Notes under the pieces: model-generated | Told to the model about the DNA's origin: nothing | Databases searched by the model: none | Seen by the model: the letters and a program-made list of their open reading frames with translations, nothing else | In this document: positions 1 to 13,571 of the stretch, in pieces | Layout: each line of letters opens with the position of its first letter | Numbering within the stretch: the stretch's first letter is position 1 | Translations under genes and position numbers: made by a program | Assembly: GCA_964270895.1 (NCBI GenBank) | Contig: OZ185437.1 | Source: Podarcis filfolensis | Taxonomy: Eukaryota | Reading direction: 5' to 3' (one strand) | DNA length: 64,000 bases

Positions 1-446
1 TCTGGAGGGCACCAGGTAGGGAAAGCTGGCTTAATTACATAGAAGTCCGCAAGGAGTTTGGAATCTATCTTCGTGATATTAGGATTTTCCTCTTTAATCT
101 GAAGCTCTGTATGGAAGCAAAACCAGAGCTCCTGGATCAATCTGCCAGTATTTACATAAATTGATTTTGTAAAGCAAGCGAGGACAGAAGGCAAATCAGG
201 ATATACCGATCTCTGTCTGGTTTACAGTAGAATGGCAAGGGTTTCTGACTCCCAGTTGTTCAAAAATCACAACACAAAATGACTTATCCTACCTAATTAG
301 GCTGCTGAGGTGAAGAAAGCTAAACAGGAGAGGATTTTTGTGTGAAAAGATGGTGATCTCAATCCAGTTCTGGTATGAAATCAAATCCTTCAATTCAGAA
401 TGTGCTCAGAGGCACCTTGTCCTTTAATACTACCTGTATGTCTTTC

Positions 447-701
447 GAAGAAGAAGAAGAAGAGAAGTTTGGATTTGATATCCCGCTTTATCACTATCCT
501 AAGGAGTCTCAAAGTGGCTAACATTCTCCTTTCCCTTCCTCCCCCACAACAAACACTCTGTGAGGTGAGTGAGGCTGAGAGACTTCAAAGAAGTGTGACT
601 AGCCCAAGGTCACCCAGCAGCTGCATGTGGAGGAGCGGGGAAGCGAATCCGGTTCACCAGATTACAAGTCCACTGCTCTTAACCACTACACTACACTGGC
701 T
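447..701 (-). mobile_element. Squam3-like SINE (tRNA-related head, L2-type tail)
   Basis: On the minus strand, head GAGCCAGTGTAGTGTAGTGGTTAAGAGC, body GGGTGACCTTGGGCTAGTCAC, (TTC)n tail. Confidence 0.7.
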
Positions 702-1559
702 CTTTTGCACCTGCTTCTGCGTAGGAGGTTTTGGGATCCGGCTAAAAAAACAAAGTAGATCCAACACATTTGAAATCTGTCTACCTCTGTTGTAAGGACC
801 ATAAATAACATCTGAAGTGTGTATCGTCAAGAGAGATAGTAAAATTCCCATTATCTGAACTTCCATTATCCAACTGCCCCTTATGCTTTGGCTTCCCCCT
901 AATTTCTCTCTTCATAATTTCATGTTGATCCAGCCATATTCAGTGATCACTTCAGAGTCACAGAAGATGAGCAATACATCACATGTGTTGTTAAAGGAAA
1001 CAGCCTACATACAGGTCCTAAAAATACACAAATATTTTTGCAAATATTTTTTTATGATGCTTGTGAATGCTTGACTTCAAATAGCAACTACAGGCTCAGT
1101 TGCAGATTTGATAGGTGAAACACCGCTGCATCTAAAATTGGCATTCAGATTATAATGAGGACATCCACATTTGTTTTTGAAAACAGTGTGAGGAGAGGGG
1201 GTGCACTTCTTGTGGTGAAGAAGAGATATTTTCTTATTAGCACCTCATTATTTGCATCTCAGTTCCAGGGCAGGGGTAACTAACCTGTGGTCCTATCATA
1301 CCTGATGGTTTGCCCTGTTGTTGGCTGTGCTTAATGAGAGTTGGAGTCCAACAATATGTGGAAGGCCGCAGGTTCCTCACCTGTTCCATGGTTTAGTCAG
1401 AGCTTTGAAAAGGAAGAACCAAGCTCTGGTGGGTTTCCTTATCTCAAACAAAGCCGAGGAGAAACCTCTGGAACAACATCTGAAGCAAATGTTTTCAACA
1501 TGCCAGTGACTTCTGAGATTTGGCTTGCTGTTGTAGGCCTAGGAACGGCGAATGTTGTA

Positions 1560-1801
1560 CAGTGGTACCTCAGGTTACATACGCATCAGGTTACATACAC
1601 TTCAGGTTACAGACTCCGCTAACCCAGAAATAGTGCTTCAGGTTAAGAACTTTGCTTCAGGATGAGAACAGAAATCGTTCTCCGGCGGTGCGGCAGCAGC
1701 AGGAGGCCCCATTAGCTAAAGTGGTGCTTCAGGTTAAGAACAGTTTCAGGTTAAGAACGGACCTCCAGAACGAATTAAGTACTTAACCCGAGGTACCACT
1801 G
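1560..1801 (+). mobile_element. Tc1/mariner-type MITE
   Basis: Inverted termini CAGTGGTACCTC / GAGGTACCACTG flanked by TA. No ORF. Confidence 0.9.
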
Positions 1802-2050
1802 TAATGGCGAATGTTGTGTATGAGGATGGGGTCCTTACCAGCCCCTGCCCCTGAAGGGGACATAAAAATAGTTCAAGTTAAGGAAAGGAAAGCTCTTTGT
1901 CACCAACAAGCCTCAGTCTGTGCCCTTTAGCAAGTCACTGCGCTAGGTCCTGAAACAAACAAACAAACAAACAAGAATCCCCTCTTTAGGCATCTTCCTC
2001 CGAAACAGAGCTAGGCAGATGGGCTAGCTTGCAACAAACATGATATAGAG

Positions 2051-2371
2051 CAGGGGTAGGCAACCTAAGGTCCGTGGGCCAGACGCAGCCCAATTGCCTT
2101 CTCAATCTGGCCCGCGGACCGTTCGGGAATCAGCATGTTTTTATATGAGTAGAATGTGTCCTTTTATTTAAAATGCATCTCTAGGTTATTTGTGGTGCCT
2201 GCCTGGTGTTTTTACATGAGTACAATGCGTGCTTTTATTTAAAATGCATCTCTGGGTTATTTGTGGGGCATAGGAATTCCTTCATTCCGGCCCCCCAAAT
2301 ATAGTCTGGCCCACTACATGGTCTGAGAGATGGTGGACTGGCCCACGGCTGAAAAAGGTTGCTGACCCCTG
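2051..2371. mobile_element. hAT-type MITE
   Basis: Termini CAGGGGTAGGCAACCT / AGGTTGCTGACCCCTG with a perfect 8-bp TSD ATATAGAG (2043-2050, 2372-2379). Confidence 0.9.
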
Positions 2372-2599
2372 ATATAGAGAATATCTGTTTCCTCTGATTG
2401 TGAAGAAGAGGAGAGAATTGTCAGTGCACACAGAGAGCTTTTTCTCGCTCCTGCATCACAAAATGTGTTTGACAACGTTCCCCTGTCTACCCAGCTGCTA
2501 AAGGCACAGGGACTCAATTCTAATTTGCCCATGGCTGCACTAATATGTATTTTATGGTGGTTTTATTATGTTACATTGTGTACTACATTGGGAGCTTTT

Positions 2600-2801
2600 C
2601 TGAGCCAGTGTTAGAAAGAAAGTTATGGACTCTGCTTACTAATGGAGATGAATTAGATTTTTTTTTGGCACAAGCATGAAAAGAGCAAGAATCCTCTAGA
2701 CTGGAAATTTGGTGATTAGAATTTGAGGTGTTGAAGAAATTTAACTCAGCAAGGCAGACTAGACAGAGGGACAACATTTTTATTGAAAATTGGAGCCGTT
2801 T
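2600..2801 (+). mobile_element. Degraded L1-like ORF2 C-terminal remnant, interrupted by a SINE
   Basis: Fragmentary ARIL..WK and NWSRLW-like words followed by AT-rich 3'-UTR-like sequence after the SINE. Heavily decayed. Confidence 0.3.
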
Positions 2802-2815
2802 ATGGCATATTGGAA

Positions 2816-3179
2816 GGGACACGGGTGGCACTGTGGGTTAAACCACAGAGCCTAGGACTTGCCGATCAGAAGGTCGGCAGTTCGAATCCCCGTGATGGGG
2901 TGAGCTCCCATTGCTCGGTCCCTGCTCCTGCCAACCTAGCAGTTCGAAAGCATGTCAAAGTGCAAGTAGATAAATAGGCACTGCTCCGGTGGGAAGGTAA
3001 ACGGCGTCTCCGTGCGCTGCTCTGGTTCGCCAGAAGCGGCTTAGTCATGCTGGCCACATGACCCGGAAGCTGTACACCAGCTCCCTCAGCCAATAAAGCG
3101 AGATGAGCGCCGCAACCCCAGAGTCGGTCATGACTGGACCTAATAGTCAGGGGTCCCTTTTCCTTTACCTTTACCTTTA
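2816..3179 (+). mobile_element. Sauria SINE, full length
   Basis: Head GGGAC.CGGGTGGC.CTGTGG, B-box-like GTTCGAATCCC, (TTTACC)n tail, 14-bp TSD ATGGCATATTGGAA (2802-2815, 3180-3193). Confidence 0.93.
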
Positions 3180-4478
3180 ATGGCATATTGGAATGAAAAG
3201 GCAGATGACACAGTAAATCCCTACATGCTTTTTGGGTAAAATATAATATTACAAATAATTAAAGTCTAATTGTTCTTGGCTGAAAAAGGATATTTAATGT
3301 ATAGGCAAAAAATTATTATGTGGCTTTATATTAAAATGTCCGTATGTGTGTGTGTGTGTGTGTGTATGATTATACAACTTTGGAAAGGGAAATATATCAA
3401 CAGTGATCATAGTTAAGGATACTGCGGGGGATAATAATAATTGCTAGAAATTGCTTTAATAATTACTTTATAAAGAAAACGTTATGCTTGATTTTTAGTC
3501 AGATTCTCAGTAGTTCTGTTGGTATTTTTCACCTTGGTTGTTTTACATGTCCTGAATGCTTTGAAATTGTTTAGAATTCCATTTATAACCCCGTAAGATA
3601 GAAAACCCATTCTGCATTGAGGGAAGGGCAGTGGCGATATACTAAAAAGTTTCCTTTAGTCTGCAGCCCGGATATTGCTCTCTCTCGATTGTTCCAGAGG
3701 CATGAACGAGAGCTCAGCAGAGTGCGCTTAGTCATTTTAAATCCCCCTCTTTTGTCTCCTCTGCCAGGAACAGAACCGCTTAGAAGAGTAACTTTCTTGC
3801 TTGGTGCATATTGAGACAAAGCAATTGACAGCTACATAGCTGTGTTTCATGACTCAGCAAAAAGATCCTCAGTCGCTCACTCATTTGAGGGCTTGCACAT
3901 TAAAACTCTCTCTCTTTATGGAAAGCTCATCGGCACAGTGCAATCCAGTGCTTGACTGTTTATTAGTAAGTCCCATTTGAATTCAGTGGGGTTTATCCCC
4001 AGGAAACTGGGTACAGGAATGTAGCTTAGTCATCGAAGTCTGTGCTGAATCTCCTGAAGGAATACAGCTCCAATATGATTCACGAAAGGGTGGGGAAGCC
4101 GAAGTTTTAAATGCCAGTACACCCAGCTGCTACCATCTGTCTCTCAGAATCAGATATTTACTTGCATTTGACAGATTCCCCAGCACAGTGCAAAGCATCA
4201 CAAAGCTTCTTAGCTCGTTTAAGAATGGTCTGGACTTAGGACCAATAGTAGAGAAATTGGTTGGCAGGTGCCACAGAAAGATCCTAAGCTGTTGGGCGCA
4301 GTAGGTAACACCCTTTAATTTAAAGAAAGGGTAGAGGTGGGGAGAATATGCCAGCAGGTAAAGGAAAGCAAGGCATTTCCTGTACTTTTACGACCATTGC
4401 TATTCATATCACAGAAGTTACGATAGCAAAATTCAAAAGTTGGAAAAAGCAAGTTAGCAGCCGTCATTCAACTCTGTA

Positions 4479-4702
4479 CAGGGGTACCTCTGGTTACATA
4501 CTTAATTCGTTCTGGAGGTCCATTCTTAACCTGAAACTGTTCTTAACCTGAAGCAACACTTTAGATAATGGGGCCTCCTGCTGCTGCCGCACGATTTCTG
4601 TTCTCATCCTTAAGCAAAGTTCTTGACCCAAGGTACTACTGGGTTAGCGGAGTCTGTAACCTGAAGCATATGTAACCTGAAGTGTATGTAACCCGAAAAC
4701 TG
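4479..4702 (-). mobile_element. Tc1/mariner-type MITE, same family as 1560-1801, one TIR damaged
   Basis: Reverse-complement match to the 1560 copy, with TA flanks. Confidence 0.85.
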
Positions 4703-7700
4703 TAAAAGCTTTGGGGGGTGGAAGCATCTGCTCATATATATATTGGGGGTGCAAAGCTAACCTGGGCATGAGTGTGTTGTTTCAAAGGGGCTGCACGTAC
4801 ACACACAGCAATGTCCAGGGACTTTACCCTGATCATCCAAGCTGTAGATGGGCACCGTAACTAACCAACCTTGCACCACAGACTAGAGTTTGTACCAGAC
4901 CCATATAATCAAACCATATAATCAAACTTCCATTACAACGTCTGATAATAAAAGTCTTCAGCAGCCACTGGAAGTTCAGTAGGGAAGGGACCTGTCTGAG
5001 CTCAACTGAGAATTCCATGCATTTGTTATTTACATTACACATTTTTCTGTTTTTATATTGTAAACCACCCTGTCATCCTTGGATGAAGGGCGGTATAAAA
5101 ATTTAGCAAGTAAAACAAAATGGTCATCCCACCTCCTCCATTTCCAACCTTAGCTTGCAACTTGAAAGCATAGAAACCTAGGGTTGTAGCCATGTCACAA
5201 GTCATTGGGATGAATTTAAGTTAATGATATTCACTGATTTCAATGGGTCTCCTCTCTGTATGACTTAGTTGGATACAGCCTAGAATCTGGATTTATCCTT
5301 ACATTCTAAAGCCTAGTCACTTTTAGGTGGAGGTAATGTTTATTCATTCCATAGTACAGGTACTTTCAAGCAAGCACGGTTAAGATTATAACCTGATCTT
5401 GAAATCACTGGGACTGGGTTGCAAGAATCACCTTGGGCCAATGTGTAAATGCTGTCAGAATTGAGTATGGAGGTGTTTACTGGATAACAGCACTTCAGAT
5501 TGCAGATAGCATTTAGGTTGCGGGATGAAAAACTGTATATTTGAATGGTCCGCCATAGAAAAGCACTATTAAAAATGCATGTCAGAGTAAAGGCTGTATA
5601 TGAAATCCCTTATTTTTCTATGCATGGCAAGTATCTTTTTGCTACTGAGCAGCTATTTAAAAGGTGGTGCTAAAAATCCCCTTCCCAGCATCATTTCCAC
5701 TCCTAGTCTAGAGGTTGGCACCTATCCACTTAAAAAAAAAGTAGAAAAAATAAATAAATGGAAATTTTACATAAATTTTCAAATATAGTTAGAAAGAACC
5801 CATCCCCCCCGCATAATGAAGCAAGCAACAATGTCAGCACAATACTCAATACACAGGTTCACCTGTGGTGTAATGTTAAGTGTCAGATATCCTTGCTGTC
5901 ATTATAAAAGGTTCTGAGTGGATACCACATTTCTATACAGAAAAATGAATTGTGAACACCATTTAATGCTTAACATGCTAAGTTTCTCCATTAGTGCTAC
6001 TGCCCACATCTTCTGTCTCCACAGAGAGAGTTGAAGATGATCCAGATATTTCAAATTCTGCACAATGAGCTGTTGATCTGCCACAAACAAGAATGCAGCA
6101 AGTTCTTTGTGTTGGTCTTTCGGTTCATTGTGAAAGATGCTCAATAAAGCCAATTGTGGCATGCAATGCCCAGTCTGTTGTGTCAGCCACACATTCACTT
6201 TAGATATCCATTCTAGCACCCAAAGAATCACCATCGGCCGTCTTGAATACAGAAGCTGAACAAGGCTGAGCATATAATGATTATAGACACGAAGAGTCAC
6301 CAGTCAAGTGTGTGCTACAACACGGGTGTCCCTTCCAAAAAAGCAAAACCTACTGTTATTACTAATGGCAGCCTTCATGTTAGGGTCTGTAGTTGCATGG
6401 TAGCACACAAAACACACCAACCAAAATGCCCGCACTGTTTATTACACTGAAAGTTGCAAAATACAACACAGCTGACAAGACGTCATTATCACATTTCAAT
6501 GCAAATTAAAATGTATGTAAAGCTGGCTAACAAAAGTAACCTGTCATTTCTCAGAAATGAAGTCAGCTGGGCTCCACTGGAGCAGCGTGTGGGAGGTGTA
6601 TCAGGTTTCCCTTTGGGTTGGTGGAAGGAACACCAAAGTGTGTCCCCCCCTTTGGATTGCTTTACACCTGGAATGATCCAAAAGAGGACCATTTAGCCTG
6701 TTGTGTCCTAGTACTCTATATCGAGGCCAAAGCCTCAGCTGCCTAGCCCACCATATCATTCCCACTCACAACTGCACATTCAGTGCTATGGAAGTTCACA
6801 TTTCCATCGTACGAGGCAGAGCTCGTCAGAATTATGTCCCAGTGTGGATTCAATGGCACTTACGCTTAGTGTGTAGACATGAAACCTCAGCTCTACTTCT
6901 GGAGGCTGTCTTCTGACCAGGGTGTGGCATGGCTTTTCAAACCACAGCAGTAGTGGAGAAACCCCAATGCTGCTCTTCAATAATTTTTGGGTTTTTAAAA
7001 AATAAAAAAATCAGCACGGGTACGGGAAGAATCCCAAAACCTATTCTAAAAAGTTTTTTCTTCTTCTTCTTCCTTGTATCTCTTAGGTGGTTCTGTGCAT
7101 GGATATTCCCTCCATTTCCAGTTTGGCATGCTAGCATCAAATATGAAGTTAGGGAGAGATCCTCTGAAAAAGAAGGTGCACTGCAATGTGGGCCAACCCC
7201 TTACTAGTATTCTGGATCTCATTGTGACAAAATAAGCTGACACAGGCCTTATCTGCAATGTGAACTGACAGACGTCAATGACTGGCTGAGGGCTGTAGGA
7301 TTCTCAGTCAGTTACATGGGCACACCCAATCCCTGAAGAGAGCCTATGCAGATACACTGTTAGTTTAACCTTCAGGTTTATTCATTCAGAAACCTAATAG
7401 TCAATTCGGCTGCAATCTTGTACTCACTTACCTGGGAATAAGTCCCACTGAAGCCCCAGGGGGACTTCCAAGTATATATACACAGGATTGCGTTGGTACA
7501 TATTTTGCCACCAACTTTTAGTATGATCCTGCTGCCACTTGGTCTTATTCTGCCTGGGTAATTGTGGTTTGTTGCTCAAAATGAGTATTAGGACAGTGAG
7601 AGGAAAAAAGGAGGGGAAAGAGAAACCGCTCCTTCAAATCAACATCATTGCTGAATTTCTCCATATAGTAAGAGACTTTGGGCTTATTTTCCTCCATGAT

Positions 7701-8425
7701 GTAGCAGTGTTTGTGCTTCACAGGTCTGGTGAAACCACACAGCACAGGGAACATAGGAAGAGCCTGCTGGATTCGGCCTACTTCCCATCTAGGCCCAGCA
7801 TCCTGTTCTCATAGTGCCCAACCTGATGACTATTGGAAGTTCAAAAGCAAGGCCTGAGCAGAAAGGTAGGCCCTCCAATGTTGCTGGACTCCAGCTCCCA
7901 TCAGCCCTGGCCAATGGTGGAGGAGGATGGGAGTTGTAGTCCAGCTACATCTGGAAAGCTAGAGGTTCTCCATTTCTGTCACAGTGGACACATGCTCACA
8001 AATACATACTTTAAGAGGGCACAAGGATTAATTCCCTGTTTTTAATTTCCATTACTTTTTGGATTAATCATACAAGATAAATAAATACAGCTAAAACCAG
8101 CAATAATTCTAACAACCCTTACCTAAAATTACCTTAACCAACAAGATCTCATATTTTTCTGTGTCACACCCCCTCCAACTAATATTTAATTCAGGCACGT
8201 TTTTTAAAAGTTGATGCACTGATTAGAATGTGTCACAGGTATCTGACACCAATCAATTGTGTAAGACTGGATCCCACATTCTTCTTACAGAATGAGCATA
8301 TTGAAATGTGAAATAATTTCCAGCTGCAACAAGAAAGGGTCACAATAGGCTTTGCAGACATCATGTGAAAGGTGTTCCAGGTCACATGATTGCAAGGTGT
8401 GGCGGTGATTAACCCCAGGGTTCCT

Positions 8426-8563
8426 TCAGTTCCTATGCAAGTGGTAGCCATTGAGTGCCCAGTCTTGAACTTCTCCACTGCTGAATAATGCAAAGAAGAT
8501 GGCTCCAAATAAGTTAATGGCAGCGGCGATATAGAAGACAGTCTGCCATTCTCCCACAGTATT
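8426..8563 (-). CDS. SLC17A5: Sialin exon 11, terminal coding part ([45 protein letters not shown])
   Basis: Acceptor tgccag|, TGA stop at 8428-8426. Confidence 0.96.
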   Translation of the reverse strand, partial: NTVGEWQTVFYIAAAINLFGAIFFALFSSGEVQDWALNGYHLHRN

Positions 8564-9918
8564 CTGGCAAAGGGGCAGAAATAAGGAGATATATCAGTGC
8601 ATTACTGTAACAGAACCATGATCAGGAATAAACTGAATGGCAGGAAAAGAAGAATGTGTGGAGCAGATAATTTGTATTAAAAAGATGGCTGCATTCAGAT
8701 GTTGCATTCCTGATCCTTTAAACCCATTGTTTGCCTACGGTTGTGGAACCCATGGACTTGCTGATATTGCTGGACCTCAACTAGCATGGCCAAAAGTCAG
8801 TGGTGGTGGAAGCTGTAGCCCAACAACATATGGAGAACTTCAGGTTCCCCATCCCTGGTTTGGAGGATTGGGTTTGGAAGGACTGCTCAAGCCAAAGTTT
8901 ATTGGTGTAGATGGCATGGCCAACTATGGGTTGAGGAAACCAGAAGACTTCTGTTAAGGCTTGAAATAAAGAGAACACTTGAGCTCTCTGCTCTTTCCTG
9001 GTCCACCTGAGCACTGTTTAGAGACTGGATCTATGTAGCCAATACAATTATTTATTCAAAACATGGCATATTTTGTTCAGCTCAGTATGACTTATACTAA
9101 ACGGGATTCAATTAGGGGTGTAACTCTTAATCTGTATAAACTCCACTCAAGAGTTTAGTGAGAGTTCTAAACTGAAGTTTCCACCAGCAGTGGAATAAAG
9201 TGTATAAAGAACTTTGAGAAGTTGCTCAAAGTTTGAAACTCTTGCTATTAAATAACATTTCAGTATAACAACCTGTCTTGTGAATACATGAAACTTGAGA
9301 ACCTCAACTTACAAGTCTATTGCCAGAGGAGATTTGAGCTGCATGCTGACACCCCCTCCCCCAAATTTTAAATCCTGAGGAATCAGTGTCAACCCAACAC
9401 CAGTTTGTCACACTCAAGGGTGCCTATCACTTAATAAAACCGATGGGGCTAAAAAGGCAGCTGTTCTGTGCTAGGATGTTTTTCTTCAGAGGTCCCAGTT
9501 AAATTCACACAGTGGACCCATGAAGCTTTGCTCTCCCCCCCTTCCTTCTTTCCAGGTTGTCCTCATTTTGTTTTATATATGCTTGAAGAAGCTTAAAGAA
9601 CTTGTTTTGCTGAATGGGAGGGTTACTATGGCACAGCTCACAAAGCAACGGACGAGAACATATGGGTTATTAAAATAAAAATTGATATTAGTACAGAGAG
9701 TCTCAGAAAAGAGATTAATTTTCTCTGCCGCATGACATATGGCTGCAGTTTTATATCAATAAACATGGTATGAGAGAGAAAGTATAAAACAATCTTCTTT
9801 GGTCTTGTTTAAAAATAACAAGAAAAAACCCCACAGCCAATAATGACACATGAGACAATCAAATCTTTAACCTTTAAAAGAAGAAAATGGGGGGGGGGGG
9901 AGACCAATAATAACTTAC

Positions 9919-10009
9919 ACTATGAGTTAGGCTTTTAGCAACAAGTGGTCCCACCATTCCTGGGATAGTGCCAAATGAATTTGTAATTCCAAGGAGAATG
10001 CCAGCATAT
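9919..10009 (-). CDS. SLC17A5: Sialin exon 10 ([30 protein letters not shown])
   Basis: Acceptor tcttag|, donor AGT|gtaagt, 91 nt. Confidence 0.96.
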
Positions 10010-11733
10010 CTAAGAAAATAAGAAGAAAAAATCAGCTGGTTCCCAATGCCATAGTGCCTTGAACTTCTTTCTGGTACTCAGGAACGATGGTAGGATTTTC
10101 ATTCCCTTGCAATTCACACACACACGTATATTATATAAAACTAGACATGTATGGGGTGGGGAGAGATTCTCAGCACAAGCTCAAATGTTTTGGCACTCCT
10201 AACATACTGAAACAAGACACCCCAGAAAGAATTTCACACATGATTCATCCACTTGTCCAGAGTGGATTAGGAGACATGCACAAACTTCTCAATGAGGTAT
10301 TTATGAGGGAAACAAAACCCAAGTGCTAAGTCACCCTCATACTTGGCTTTCGCACAGGGATTCACAGTGGGCAGGCAAGTGGCTGCTCTCTAAGTAAGCC
10401 CTTGTGTGGATACACTTTGCATAAGGGCAGTGCAATCTGGGAGGAACTGTAACTTTGCGACTTGCTTTCCTCTAATTTTATTTAAACACATACTGTATCT
10501 ATTTTGCCTTTTGCTTCTTAAATTTCAAAAAGCAATTCACAAACTGGAAGCATTTAAAAAATAATAATCTGTAAAACAACACAATCCTTAACAAACCACC
10601 AACCAGGCTGGAAAAGGTGTGAAGTTCAAAAAACTGGAAGGCAGAAAAACCGGAGCTCATTCTAGCTGGCATGTTAGAAATGCCATGACAAAATGTGCCT
10701 CGTGCACTTCCCTATCTGGTAATGTGAAGGAAAGGCAAAATGATACTCTGAGAAAGGATGCCTGGGGCAAGGCCAAAGCTCACTGGTGGAACACACACCT
10801 TGCAAGTTCCAAGTTCAGTTCAGGACATCCCCAGGTAGCGTGGGGAAGACCCCCCCAACTGAAACCCCAAAGAACCATTGCACAGCTTCAGTATATTAAT
10901 TACATACTTGTTGAATAAAGAAGCTGGCATTTATATGACCTTTGCTAACTTGGAACTGCTTAAACATTAATGACTTTATGAAGATGAATGCCAAAGAGGA
11001 AAAGCCTCACAGGATAGATGAGTATCTTATAAAGATCCATAAATCCCTTAGTGGTATAGCTCCCCCCCCCCAAAAAAAAATATATCTAAGCATTGCAATG
11101 GCATTGATATGCACTTTGAAAATAATGTCTATAGTACATCTGTCCCCCACAGGAGCTCTTCCCCATTACCTAAGTGTCAACCTATGCAAGTACCTCTAAC
11201 TATACCTTCAACAAGCAAATATCATGTGCTACAGAAACGCTGGTGGGTGGATGAGGGGAAGCAGGCAGAAAATATCAACAGCAAATTACACGCTGCAACC
11301 CTTTGCATTTCTGCGCAGAGGTCAGCCCCACTGAAGCCCTCTTCAGGCATTCTCTAGTCATTTTAATTAAACACACAAGTGGGAGGTGGGTACAGGGAGG
11401 TGAGCATTTTAGTTCTGCTCTCCCTTTTCATCCCCCCATTGCTGTTCCAATTACCCTCCACAAGAGACAGGCAATCTTCTGAAGCAGGGAACATGCTGTA
11501 TACCTGGAGGCTCCCTGCACATTTTAGAAGCCTGGAAGATTAGGATTCTATAGGATTTACTCCCAGAGTTAAGCGTGCATTGGTAGGATTGCAACTTAAG
11601 GCTGCCACACAAAGGAGTTGAATTAACCCAAATCAGTGACTGAAGAAAAACACAGACAAGTACTGTAGTTATTTAATTCACTGTTTCAGGGAATCTTGTT
11701 TGCAAAAACGCACACTCAATCATGAATACTTAC

Positions 11734-11881
11734 GATGGTGCAATATCGAGGTGATTGATGCTGTATCCAGATGTTGAAAAACCCCCTAGTGTTGTGGATA
11801 TGGTTACAAATGCAACAGCCATTTCATAATCGCAGCCTATGAATCCAGCTGCTACAAGGAAAACCGCAGGTCCAATCATTC
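11734..11881 (-). CDS. SLC17A5: Sialin exon 9 ([48 protein letters not shown])
   Basis: Acceptor attaag|, donor TC|gtaagt, 148 nt. Confidence 0.97.
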
Positions 11882-12158
11882 CTTAATAAAAACATATCAG
11901 AAACCTTACCTTCATGGGAACTCAAATTTTGTTTATTCTTTGTGCAATATTGCAGTGACTTTTTATTTAAAAAAACAACTGGTGGTTCTCAGCTCTTGAT
12001 CTATAAACAAAACAACAGTCCTTTGCTGATCCCTGGGCAAGACTGCCTAAAGCAACCAGTGGGTGGGGTCCCTGCCATAATATGATTGCAAGGGAATGAG
12101 AAGGTGAGCACATGCTCCTTGGAATTCACAAGATGGAGCAGGAATTTGCCCTGTATCC

Positions 12159-12407
12159 CAGGGGTCAGCAAACTTTTTCAGCAGGGGGCCGGTCCACTGT
12201 CCCTCAGACCTTGTGCAGGGCCAGACTATATTTGGGGGGGGGAATGAATGAATTCCTATGCCCCACAAATAACCCAGAGATGGATTTTAAATAAAAGGGC
12301 ACAATATACTCATGTAAAAACACGCTGATGCCTGGACCACCCGCGGGCTGGATTTAGAAGGCGATTGGGCCGGATCCGGCCCCTGGGCCTTAGTTTGTCC
12401 ACCCATG
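12159..12407. mobile_element. hAT-type MITE, related to 2051-2371
   Basis: Termini CAGGGGTCAGCAAAC / GTTTGTCCACCCATG with 8-bp TSD CTGTATCC (12151-12158, 12408-12415). Confidence 0.85.
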
Positions 12408-12417
12408 CTGTATCCTA

Positions 12418-12756
12418 GGTAAAGGTAAAGGGACCCCTGACCATTAGGTCTAGTCATGGCCGACTTTGGGGTTGCGGCACTCATCTCGCTTTATTGGCCG
12501 AGGGAGCCGGCGTACAGCTTCTGGGTCATGTGGCCAGCATGACTAAGCCGCTTCTGGAGAACCAGAGCAGCGCACGGAAACGCCGTTTACCTTCCCGCCA
12601 GAGCGGTACCTATTTATCTACTTGCACTTTGATGTGCTTTCGAACTGCTAGGTTGGCTGGAGCATGGACCGAGTAACGGGAGCTCACCCCGTTGCAGGGA
12701 TTCGAACCGCCGACCTTCTGATCGGCAAGTCCTAGGCTCTGTGGTTTAACCCACAT
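12418..12756 (-). mobile_element. Sauria SINE, slightly 5'-deleted
   Basis: Reverse complement of the 2816 copy, 16-bp TSD CCCATGCTGTATCCTA (12402-12417, 12757-12772). Confidence 0.92.
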
Positions 12757-13571
12757 CCCATGCTGTATCCTAACCACATCTAAAGAGCCTGTCGCACCAA
12801 GGCACAGGAAAGCAAACAGGTAAGAGATGCAGGAGCACCTGGAAACTCAGAAGCTGTAAGGGATAGATGAAAAAAAAGGTAGTGGCCCTGGTAGAGTGCA
12901 ACGTTGAAGGCACACAATGGTGGAAAAACACACTTGTAAGGGTATAGGAGTTCCTACTGACACAAGAAGTGCCATTGATCAGTAACAAGAGCAAATGCTC
13001 TGCATGTGAATGTTTAGAGCCTGACATCTCCAGTTAGAAGGAATTCGGGAAGCAGAACTAGGATAACTCTTCTGGAGCAGACAACGCTGGGCTCGATGGA
13101 CTAACATACAAGGCAGCTTCATGTATTCCTAGGGATTAATACAAGATCGGTTCAAGACATGCAGCATTGCTCTCAAGCATTTTGCACATGCTGAATTAAT
13201 GTATTCAATCCCCGGGAAAGAGATCATTGCAGTGGCACTCAGAGCCTAGAATCTGTCCCGAGATCCACATTACTGCAAAATGTCCCAGAGTAACATTATG
13301 AAAGTATTTTGTCTGGCCTACTGTAATGCTACAAGATGGGTGGAAAGTAAGCAGCCTAAGTGAGAAATAAGCAACTATTTTTGCATGGAACTTTTAAAGC
13401 AGAATCTAGTTTCAAGCTAGCTAAGAAATGTTTTAATCTCTGTGTCTTTTGTGCTGCTGTCTTATGGACTGACCATCATTACTTTTTGATAAAAAACTGA
13501 AAATAAAGAGAGGAAAGGCCCAGCAATTATTCTACATTGTGCTGCCACCTAGTGAACAAACTATATCACTA

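Noticed and set aside
2816-2900. tRNA gene
   Set aside because: The A/B-box-like sequence is the tRNA-derived head of a Sauria SINE and does not form a complete cloverleaf. The same applies to the other SINE copies.
5902-6300. 132-aa minus-strand ORF downstream of SLC17A5
   Set aside because: No recognisable domain, no supporting splice structure and no promoter. Consistent with a chance ORF in 3' flank or UTR.
6478-6506. CRE-like GACGTCA next to an octamer ATGCAAAT
   Set aside because: Isolated short motifs with no snRNA gene or other supporting feature nearby. They are expected by chance in 64 kb.
5339-8190. SLC17A5 polyadenylation site
   Set aside because: Several minus-strand candidates exist (ATTAAA near 8185 and 8041, AATAAA at 7377-7382 and 5339-5344). 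They cannot be distinguished without 3'-end data.
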